DNA of 6,183 nt from a virus (taxonomy: Duplodnaviria; Heunggongvirae; Uroviricota; Caudoviricetes), in the IMG/VR virus record IMGVR_UViG_2617270985_000007. One strand, given 5' to 3'. Both the position numbers and the translations under genes were made by a program. Positions 1 to 6,183 of the stretch are shown here, one piece after another. Positions within the stretch are counted from its first letter, which is position 1, and the number at the start of each line of letters is the position of its first letter. The notes beneath the pieces are model-generated. The model was not told the origin of the DNA and did not search any database. It worked only from the letters and a program-made list of their open reading frames with translations.

Positions 1-1131
1 TCAAATGACCAGTTTTTTCCATTCCTTACCGCGTGCGTCGTTGTAAATATCGGTCATTTTTTGATTCGAATGGCCCAGCAAAATTTTGGTATCAACCCCC
101 TGCTCTCTGAACAATCGCTCTGATAAAGATCTCTGCTCATGGAAAGAGGGTGGGGTGCCATTAGCACGCCAGTTGTAATCCACAGAATCCCGGGCTTTTT
201 TAAATGCAACGGTTAATGTTGCTGGCTTAACCATCCCGCCGCGCTTAGCTGTCCCTTTCGCGTGATGGTGGTGCAATAGCCACGGACTAAGAACGCAATC
301 GCGGCAGGATGACACCACATCATCTAGGGTGAGATTTAATTTATCGCAACGCAGAGCCAGAGGGATGGCAATCCGGGTTCCTGTTTTTTGCTGTTCGACA
401 TGAAGATAACCATCCCGGATATCCGAAAATTGCATTTTGCAAATATCTGAAAGGCGCTGGCCTGTCATCAGTGCCAGCAGCATACCGCGCTGTAAAAAGT
501 AACCATCCTTTTCCGCTGCGTTATAAATCATCATCCACTCATCAAAAGTCAGTCGCTGTCTTGATATCCGCACCTGCGGTTTTTTTGCCGATTCTGCAGG
601 GTTAAAGCCTGGCGGGACATCGCCCGTTTGCTGAGCTTCCCGGAAAACATCGATCAGTACCTTCCTGAAAATTTGTCCCATTCTGTTATGTCCTCTGGCC
701 TTGTACTCTTCCAGTACTGATACCACATCTTTTACGGTTATGGCATCTAACGGTCTGGTGCCAAAACGTTCATCAAATACCCTGAGAGGGGCCGCTTTCT
801 GTTTCAGCGTGTTGAGTTTGATCTCGCCGTTTTCATATCTTTCCTGTTGAATTTTTCTGTAATTATTCAGAAAAATGGTAACGGTTGATGAACCGCCGGT
901 ATCACTAATAATTTTCTCCTGCAGACTGAGCATTTGTTCCATTTGCTGCCGGGCAAGACGGCTGTTCGCTTCTGCTGCAATAGTTTCTGCCAGTTTCTGG
1001 TCAATACTGCCGAGACCGTGATTTTTTCCTGTTATGGGATGCCTGTAACGCCAGTAAACTTTGTTATTTCTTTTGTCAAAATACGGAGATAATCCCGGAA
1101 CATTGGTTTTATATTTTCGCGGGCGCGCCAT
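1..1131 (-). CDS. int: Lambda-family tyrosine recombinase (prophage integrase), 376 aa
   Basis: Full-length ORF whose translation aligns by eye along its length with lambda Int: N-terminal arm-binding region (RHPITGKNHGLG vs lambda RDPRTGKEFGLG), catalytic-core blocks LMTGQRLSDICKMQFSDIRDGYLHVEQQKTGTRIAIP, TPPSFHEQRSLSERL, LLGH, and a C-terminal Tyr in MTDIYNDARGKEWKKL. A GAGGA Shine-Dalgarno lies about 9 nt upstream of the ATG at 1131. The 5' end is overlapped by the upstream xis ORF, as in lambda. Confidence 0.95.
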   Translation of the reverse strand: MARPRKYKTNVPGLSPYFDKRNNKVYWRYRHPITGKNHGLGSIDQKLAETIAAEANSRLARQQMEQMLSLQEKIISDTGGSSTVTIFLNNYRKIQQERYENGEIKLNTLKQKAAPLRVFDERFGTRPLDAITVKDVVSVLEEYKARGHNRMGQIFRKVLIDVFREAQQTGDVPPGFNPAESAKKPQVRISRQRLTFDEWMMIYNAAEKDGYFLQRGMLLALMTGQRLSDICKMQFSDIRDGYLHVEQQKTGTRIAIPLALRCDKLNLTLDDVVSSCRDCVLSPWLLHHHHAKGTAKRGGMVKPATLTVAFKKARDSVDYNWRANGTPPSFHEQRSLSERLFREQGVDTKILLGHSNQKMTDIYNDARGKEWKKLVI

Positions 1132-1357
1132 CTTCCAGTATCCTCTTCAAAGCAGGGTGATCTGTGGCGATCACCTCCGGCTTGTTTACCATTCCGACAA
1201 AGCGAGCTTGCGGATCCACTCGCCAGCGTCTTCCAACTTTTTTGGGGAGAGGAAATATCATTCCGGCTTTAGCGTATTTACTTAACGTACTCGGAGTTGG
1301 GACCGGTTCACTGAATTCCTCTTTTGCCCACTCAGTGAGCAGAATAAGTCTTGCCAT
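1109..1357 (-). CDS. xis: Excisionase (Xis-like recombination directionality factor), 82 aa
   Basis: Small ORF immediately upstream of int on the same strand, overlapping its start by 23 nt. It contains the W..(K/R)..GMIFPLPKKVGRRW motif, resembling lambda Xis (W...IFPPPVKDGRE). No strong SD is visible, so the exact start is less certain. Confidence 0.8.
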   Translation of the reverse strand: MARLILLTEWAKEEFSEPVPTPSTLSKYAKAGMIFPLPKKVGRRWRVDPQARFVGMVNKPEVIATDHPALKRILEDGAPAKI

Positions 1358-1421
1358 GAGCGTCGTTCGCTAATCATGGTCGCCGCCACTATAGCTGGTG
1401 GGCAACGACCGGGGTTGAACA

Positions 1422-3893
1422 TTAAAAATCAGCCTGGTTCGGGATCAGTTTTTGCCAGATAACTGAAACGTATTTTGCCTGGTAACGGGCGTCATCAAGT
1501 GCATTATGGCGCTCACCTTCGAATGGAATAGCCGTTCTGGCATCGAAGTCTATGGCTTTCCCCAGCTCAACGATTGTGCGTACATCGCGATCGTTGTAGT
1601 AACGCCACGGGCAGGGGATCCCCTGCCGTTCGTATGAACGGCGCAAAATCGTGTTGTCGAAGTTGGCTCCATTTCCCCAGACCTGAACAAAAAATTCACC
1701 GGAGTTTTCGTCGATAAATTCCCGCAATTGTAACAGTGCATCATCTAACGGGATTTCATCGGTCATAATGGCAGACTGCGCTTCACGTGATTGCTTCAGC
1801 CACCTTTTAATGACGTCACGATCAATGACTCCGCCAGCAGTTTCCAGATCGATAGTCTTACTAAATTCCGGTCCCATATCTCCGGTTTGCGGATCGAAAA
1901 ATATTGCACCTATTGAGATAATCGGGGCATCAGGATTTTTTCCCATGGTTTCAAGGTCGATCATTAGATGGTCACACGTCCTGCTGGTGGATGTGATAAC
2001 GTGATGACCGTTCATCGTAATTAAGGGATCTGCCGTCTCGCCAGTTTCACTATCGCTGGCGTGATCCTGAGCGCTACCAGCATTCTCCTTGTGTGGATGT
2101 TCAGCGCCTTCCATTTCCTTCGGATCATTTTCCTGAACTTCAACCTGATTCTCTTCATCGAATGTTTCCTGGTATGTTGCGTCACCCATCACCGCGCCAC
2201 AATCAGGGCAGTTGCCGCCACCGCTTTGACCGCAGGCGGTGCAGACTTTTTCCGGTTCCTGTTGCGCTACTGGCTCAGGTTGTTTCGTTTCTGGCTCGTT
2301 TTGTTGCGTATTTGGGCTGTTTTGTTCCGCTTTCTGGTCGTTCTGTTCCGATTCTTGCTGGTTCTGGTTTACAGAATCGCGGGTTTCAATCCCCTTTACC
2401 CATTTCGGATCATTCGGGTCGCTAATCCCTGCAACAAATTCTCCGCGAGAGGCAGCAAGCAACTTATCGGCGTCAGGCTGGCTGATATTGGCTGCCTGCA
2501 TAATTTTGTTTACTTCGTCAGCGGTAACTTTTACCGGCTCTGGTTGTGCGGTCGTGTCAGATGCACCAGTATTTTGTTGTGAACCTGAGTACGTGCCGTT
2601 TTTACGTGCGAAGTATTCCTCTTTTGTGATTTCCGTAGCTCCCAAGGCTAGTGCTTTTTCCAGACCAGAAAGTTTGTTTGCGCGACCGTATTTTTCGCCA
2701 TCCTTGTCGGTGAAGAGGAAGTAGAACGGCCCCTCACGCTCTACAGATGGTTCGACTTCCACTTTGCATTCGGTTTTTTCGTTGCCCGGAATTGCCGTTT
2801 CCACTGCATCAGTTTCTGGTACTGGCGACGAGAGAGTATCAGTTGCGCTCTGATTTCTTCCTTCATCTTCAAACACGCCCTTTGTAGTCAGGTATTCAGT
2901 AATGTATTTGTTCAGTGCCACAGGGTCTTTGTGAATGTCGATCGGACGTTCACGGACAAGGCCAAAAATAGTCTGGCGGTCGTAGCGAAGGGCATCAGGC
3001 TGTTTGCGCATTGATGCCGAGATACGCTTCCAGTCTTCGCGGTCGTTGTCGATAACTTCATTTTTTGCCCAGCGATGGATGCTGCCGTCAATGTTTCCGG
3101 CATCCACATCACCAGGCCAGAGAGCGTAGGCCAGTTCGTCATCCAGTGTTTTCCATGTCTGCTTGTATTCGCGATGAATGGCAGCAATGACCGGGCTGAT
3201 TTTTCCTGTTGAATTTTCAGTGTACTGTTGATTGGCTCTGGCGCGGGCGAGATCAACAACAGACGTGTATTTTCCGGTTTCCTTGCGTTCACCTTCGCGA
3301 CGTTTTTTCCAGATGCGCATCTCTGCCTGAATTTCGGGCCATTTAGCACCAGGAATACATTTATGCTTAACCCACCCAATGGCGTGCAACTTAAGCTCCG
3401 GATACATGGCGTTAACTTCTGGCATTTTCATCAACGCTTCAACGATATGTCCGTCGAATGTTGCCATGTCTTCCTGCAACAATTCCTGTGCGCTAATAAC
3501 CATATCAACGGTGATGTTTTCACATGTGTCGAACTTAACCATGACAGCGTTCTGTACTTCAGGGGCCAGCTTGTCAAAAGTGACGTTCATCGGATCGGAT
3601 TCAGTCTCAACCGGGACAAAAGATGCAGACTCCTCATCCCAGCGGTTTTCCTGCATATATTCAGCATCCCATGAATCGAGGGCTGGGCGGGGTATGCCAG
3701 GTTTATCCTCGCAGATAATAAATTTATAAGCGCAGTCCTGAGCAGCCGGATAATGTTCCAGGAACTGCCAGTGAAATTTTGCTCGAGCACGGCGTTCGTC
3801 GCCAGCTTCAATGGCTGTGGCTACAGCCACCGCGCTTTCTTCCCTTGTTGCCAGTTCGTCAGGAATAGCGGCGCAAATAAAGACTTTACTCAT
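1422..3893 (-). CDS. Prophage exonuclease, 823 aa: N-terminal region of the kind usually annotated exodeoxyribonuclease VIII-like, a C4 zinc ribbon, and a C-terminal DnaQ/PolIII-epsilon-like DEDDh 3'-5' exonuclease domain
   Basis: Long uninterrupted ORF upstream of xis in the pL-operon orientation. The C-terminal ~185 aa carry the three DEDDh motifs: Exo I MIDLETMG, Exo II VWGNGANFDNTIL, Exo III HNALDDARYQAKY. CTACGQSGGGNCPDCG (aa 551-566) is a C-x2-C-x7-C-x2-C zinc ribbon. Acidic Q/E/P-rich linkers flank the ribbon. A GAGG lies about 10 nt upstream of the ATG at 3893. Confidence 0.9.
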   Translation of the reverse strand: MSKVFICAAIPDELATREESAVAVATAIEAGDERRARAKFHWQFLEHYPAAQDCAYKFIICEDKPGIPRPALDSWDAEYMQENRWDEESASFVPVETESDPMNVTFDKLAPEVQNAVMVKFDTCENITVDMVISAQELLQEDMATFDGHIVEALMKMPEVNAMYPELKLHAIGWVKHKCIPGAKWPEIQAEMRIWKKRREGERKETGKYTSVVDLARARANQQYTENSTGKISPVIAAIHREYKQTWKTLDDELAYALWPGDVDAGNIDGSIHRWAKNEVIDNDREDWKRISASMRKQPDALRYDRQTIFGLVRERPIDIHKDPVALNKYITEYLTTKGVFEDEGRNQSATDTLSSPVPETDAVETAIPGNEKTECKVEVEPSVEREGPFYFLFTDKDGEKYGRANKLSGLEKALALGATEITKEEYFARKNGTYSGSQQNTGASDTTAQPEPVKVTADEVNKIMQAANISQPDADKLLAASRGEFVAGISDPNDPKWVKGIETRDSVNQNQQESEQNDQKAEQNSPNTQQNEPETKQPEPVAQQEPEKVCTACGQSGGGNCPDCGAVMGDATYQETFDEENQVEVQENDPKEMEGAEHPHKENAGSAQDHASDSETGETADPLITMNGHHVITSTSRTCDHLMIDLETMGKNPDAPIISIGAIFFDPQTGDMGPEFSKTIDLETAGGVIDRDVIKRWLKQSREAQSAIMTDEIPLDDALLQLREFIDENSGEFFVQVWGNGANFDNTILRRSYERQGIPCPWRYYNDRDVRTIVELGKAIDFDARTAIPFEGERHNALDDARYQAKYVSVIWQKLIPNQADF

Positions 3894-3986
3894 TTTGTTT
3901 TAACCTCATGACAGATTTAAGGATGAACAAATCCCTGCCATTGCTGGCATATAAGAATGAAACCGGATATTTATTACGGAACTGTT

Positions 3987-4178
3987 TTAAAGACCTGCCG
4001 GGATTTCGATATTATCCTGGTGAATAACTTTATCGACCGGGTAACAGTTACCGGGAATTTTCTGTTCGGTTGCTGCAGTCATACACTCCTGCATTGTCCT
4101 GTGAACACTGACTGCAATATCAACTGGCTCTCCGGAAACAAGAAAAACTGTCAGAACAAGCGCAAATGCTGAATTCAT
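3987..4178 (-). CDS. Hypothetical small protein (63 aa) with an N-terminal hydrophobic signal-peptide or transmembrane segment; function unknown
   Basis: ATG at 4176-4178 (minus strand) is preceded by AGGA with about 8 nt spacing and overlaps the stop of the upstream ORF in an ATGA arrangement. The translation MNSAFALVLTVFLVSGEPVD... has a hydrophobic N-terminus followed by a polar region with two Cys. The six-frame track extends this ORF to 4232 (81 aa), but that start lacks an SD and would overlap the upstream ORF by 58 nt. Confidence 0.5.
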   Translation of the reverse strand: MNSAFALVLTVFLVSGEPVDIAVSVHRTMQECMTAATEQKIPGNCYPVDKVIHQDNIEIPAGL

Positions 4179-4363
4179 TGTGCACATCCTTTTGGCATCA
4201 GACGTAAACGAGCCAGCATTGAAACAATGCATATTTTATTTAATAGCTCCCGTTCTTGTTTTCTCTTGTTAATGGCATCTTCAGTAAATACAGGGTTACT
4301 GATAGTGACACCAATTTCAAAACAACCTTCAGACGTATTAACGTTTGGTAATAACGTTTTCAT
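4175..4363 (-). CDS. Hypothetical small protein (62 aa), basic central region (KRKQERELLNK); function unknown
   Basis: ATG at 4361-4363 (minus strand) is preceded by GAGGA with 7 nt spacing. Its stop overlaps the start of the downstream small ORF (ATGA coupling). Same strand and orientation as the exo-xis-int operon. No recognisable domain by eye. Confidence 0.45.
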   Translation of the reverse strand: MKTLLPNVNTSEGCFEIGVTISNPVFTEDAINKRKQERELLNKICIVSMLARLRLMPKGCAQ

Positions 4364-4462
4364 TATCGCGTCCTCAACAATGAATTTTGTGATGCAGTGC
4401 CTGGTGCCTCCAGGTGACGTTAACCAGTTAACAATTAACGCCGGATACCTTCTGCCCGTAAG

Positions 4463-5599
4463 GTGAATGGTAAGGCGCTTTCAGCGGATATAACACTGAC
4501 GCCGAAAGATATTGGTACGCTTAACTCAACAACAATGTCATTCAGCGGTGGTGCTGGTTGGTTCAAATTAGCAACGGTAACCATGCCACAGGCGAGTTCT
4601 GTTGTTTCAATTACGTTGATTGGTGGCGCGGGATTTAACGTGGGGTCACCTCAACAGGCAGGTATATCTGAACTTGTTTTGCGTGCAGGTAATGGTAATC
4701 CGAAGGGGATTACTGGTGCTTTATGGCAGCGCACATCGACAGGGTTTACAAATTTTGCCTGGGTCAATACATCTGGTGATACTTACGATATTTACGTTGC
4801 AATCGGAAATTATGCGACTGGTGTAAATATTCAATGGGATTATACCAGTAATGCCAGCGTGACGATTCATACGTCACCAGCATATTCTGCTAATAAGCCG
4901 GAAGGGTTAACGGACGGTACAGTTTATTCACTCTATACGCCATCAGAGCAGTTTTATCCGCCTGGCGCACCAATCCCGTGGCCATCAGATACCGTTCCGT
5001 CTGGTTATGCCCTGATGCAGGGGCAGAGTTTTGACAAATCTGCTTACCCGAAACTTGCAACCGCTTATCCGTCAGGCGTGATCCCTGATATGCGTGGCTG
5101 GACGATTAAGGGCAAACCTGCCAGTGGTCGGGCCGTATTGTCTCAGGAACAGGACGGCATTAAATCGCACACCCACAGCGCCAGCGCATCCAGTACGGAT
5201 TTGGGGACGAAAACCACATCGTCGTTTGATTACGGCACTAAATCCACGAATAACACCGGGGCGCATACGCACAGTGTGAGCGGTACAGCCGCAAGTGCCG
5301 GAAACCATACTCATAGTGTCACAGGCGCATCAGCAGTCAGCCAGTGGTCACAAAATGGGTCAGTACATAAGGTAGTGTCTGCGGCCAGTGTGAATACAAG
5401 TGCTGCAGGAGCGCACACTCATAGTGTCAGCGGCACAGCTGCATCTGCAGGTGCTCACGCACATACTGTCGGTATTGGTGCTCATACGCACTCTGTTGCG
5501 ATTGGCTCACATGGACACACCATCACCGTTAACGCTGCTGGTAACGCGGAAAACACCGTCAAAAACATCGCATTTAACTACATTGTGAGGCTTGCATAA
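4463..5599 (+). CDS. stf: Side tail fibre protein, C-terminal receptor-binding module (378 aa as drawn); probably a 5'-truncated gene fragment
   Basis: Translation contains the conserved phage fibre-tip block [48 protein letters not shown], followed by repeated H-x-H motifs (HTHS x4, HAHT, HGHT) typical of T4 gp12/gp37-like and lambdoid Stf tips. The ORF opens with GTG at 4463 immediately after an in-frame TAA (4460-4462) and has no SD, so this is likely the 3' part of a formerly longer gene. The first in-frame ATG is at about 4535. Confidence 0.8.
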   Translation: MNGKALSADITLTPKDIGTLNSTTMSFSGGAGWFKLATVTMPQASSVVSITLIGGAGFNVGSPQQAGISELVLRAGNGNPKGITGALWQRTSTGFTNFAWVNTSGDTYDIYVAIGNYATGVNIQWDYTSNASVTIHTSPAYSANKPEGLTDGTVYSLYTPSEQFYPPGAPIPWPSDTVPSGYALMQGQSFDKSAYPKLATAYPSGVIPDMRGWTIKGKPASGRAVLSQEQDGIKSHTHSASASSTDLGTKTTSSFDYGTKSTNNTGAHTHSVSGTAASAGNHTHSVTGASAVSQWSQNGSVHKVVSAASVNTSAAGAHTHSVSGTAASAGAHAHTVGIGAHTHSVAIGSHGHTITVNAAGNAENTVKNIAFNYIVRLA

Positions 5600-6183
5600 T
5601 GGCATTCAGAATGAGTGAACAACCACGGACCATAAAAATTTATAATCTGCTGGCCGGAACTAATGAATTTATTGGTGAAGGTGACGCATATATTCCGCCT
5701 CATACAGGTCTGCCAGCAAACAGTACCTATATTGCACCGCCAGATATTCCGGCAGGCTTCGTGGCTGTTTTCAACAGTGATGAGTCATCGTGGCATCTCG
5801 TTGAAGATCATCGGGGTAAAACGGTTTATGACGTGGCTTCCGGCGACGCGTTATTTATTTCTGAACTCGGCTCATTACCGGAAAATGTCACCTGGTTATC
5901 CCCGGAAGGGGAGTTTCAGAAGTGGAACGGCACAGCCTGGGTGAAAGATGCAGAAGCAGAAAAACTGTTCCGGATCCGGGAGGCGGAAGAAACAAAAAAC
6001 AGCCTGATGCAGGTAGCCAGTGAGCATATTGCGCCGCTTCAGGATGCTGCAGATCTGGAAATTGCAACGGAGGAAGAAACCTCATTGCTGGAAGCCTGGA
6101 AAAAGTATCGGGTGTTGCTGAACCGTGTTGATACATCAACTGCACCTGATATTGAGTGGCCTACGAACCCTGTCAGGGAGTAA
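5599..6183 (+). CDS. tfa: Tail fibre assembly protein (Tfa family chaperone), 194 aa
   Basis: Complete ORF starting [39 protein letters not shown]..., which matches the N-terminal signature of enterobacterial lambdoid Tfa proteins as I recall them (TfaQ/TfaR-like). A GAGG lies 8 nt upstream. The start ATG overlaps the stf stop (TAATG at 5597-5601), the canonical stf-tfa coupling. The stop TAA is the last three bases of the window. Confidence 0.93.
   Translation: MAFRMSEQPRTIKIYNLLAGTNEFIGEGDAYIPPHTGLPANSTYIAPPDIPAGFVAVFNSDESSWHLVEDHRGKTVYDVASGDALFISELGSLPENVTWLSPEGEFQKWNGTAWVKDAEAEKLFRIREAEETKNSLMQVASEHIAPLQDAADLEIATEEETSLLEAWKKYRVLLNRVDTSTAPDIEWPTNPVRE

Noticed and set aside
1-60. tRNA gene or att core at the left edge
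   Set aside because: The window begins at the int stop codon, so there is no room for a tRNA. No cloverleaf-like sequence is seen anywhere in the window.
1061-1373. Plus-strand ORFs 1061..1285 and 1164..1373 overlapping int and xis
   Set aside because: Antisense to the well-supported xis-int pair, with no SD and no recognisable protein features.
1381-1421. Inverted repeat GGTCG...CCAC / GTGG...CGACC between exo and xis, considered as a terminator
   Set aside because: No U-rich tract follows on the transcribed (minus) strand, and xis-int must be read through from exo in this operon layout. More likely incidental structure or a minor regulatory hairpin.
1550-2004. ORFs 1550..1744 (-) and 1768..2004 (+) within the DnaQ-like domain region
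   Set aside because: Out-of-frame or antisense to the exo catalytic domain, which carries all three DEDDh motifs in the main frame.
2260-2360. Short-period repetitive DNA, considered as a possible tandem repeat, CRISPR-like array or regulatory repeat
   Set aside because: The repeats are irregular, lack spacer/repeat periodicity, and sit in-frame inside exo encoding a Q/E/P-rich linker. This is coding low complexity.
2061-3729. Plus-strand ORFs of 110-173 aa inside the exo gene (2061..2582, 2093..2425, 2239..2724, 3228..3674, 3379..3729), plus minus-strand out-of-frame ORFs 2912..3379 and 3587..3811
   Set aside because: All lie entirely within the 823-aa exo ORF, which has clear catalytic motifs. 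Their translations are low-complexity (F/L/C/R-rich) with no RBS or domain signal, typical of antisense or out-of-frame artefacts.
3987-4232. Extended 81-aa version of the signal-peptide small ORF starting at 4232
   Set aside because: That start lacks an SD and would overlap the upstream ORF by 58 nt. The internal ATG at 4178 has an AGGA SD and a coupled ATGA overlap, so the 63-aa form is preferred.
3957-4466. Plus-strand small ORFs 3957..4172 (71 aa) and 4227..4466 (79 aa)
   Set aside because: They are antisense to the two minus-strand small ORFs, which have strong SD sequences and an ATGA coupled junction. The plus-strand ORFs have no convincing RBS and Cys/Asn-rich odd compositions. Not fully excluded.
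4620-6145. Short ORFs inside stf and tfa (4620..4826, 5072..5314, 5094..5279, 5400..5588, 5663..5944, 5888..6145)
   Set aside because: Embedded within or antisense to stf and tfa, whose products have strong family signatures. No independent support.
4364-6183. Invertible tail-fibre segment (Gin/Pin/Cin-type shufflon) hypothesis for stf'-tfa
   Set aside because: No serine invertase gene and no inverted alternative fibre cassette are present in the window, and the palindromes at 4400-4430 do not resemble gix/hix-type crossover sites as I recall them. Cannot be excluded without the downstream flank.

Overview
This window looks like a compact lambdoid prophage remnant of the enterobacterial (E. 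coli-like) type. The minus strand carries a lambda-family tyrosine integrase (1..1131), an overlapping excisionase (1109..1357), a large 823-aa exonuclease with a C-terminal DnaQ-like DEDDh domain (1422..3893), and two small translationally coupled ORFs (3987..4178 and 4175..4363). The plus strand carries the receptor-binding C-terminal module of a side tail fibre (4463..5599, probably a 5'-truncated fragment) and an intact tail-fibre assembly chaperone Tfa (5599..6183). No tRNA, rRNA, CRISPR array or transposase is visible. I do not see a recognisable defence system; the strongest candidates for undescribed function are the two small coupled ORFs and the palindrome-rich junction at about 4364..4462, where the early-left arm abuts the tail-fibre tip module. 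All homology statements are from reading the ORF translations by eye and recalling family signatures; no database search was run.
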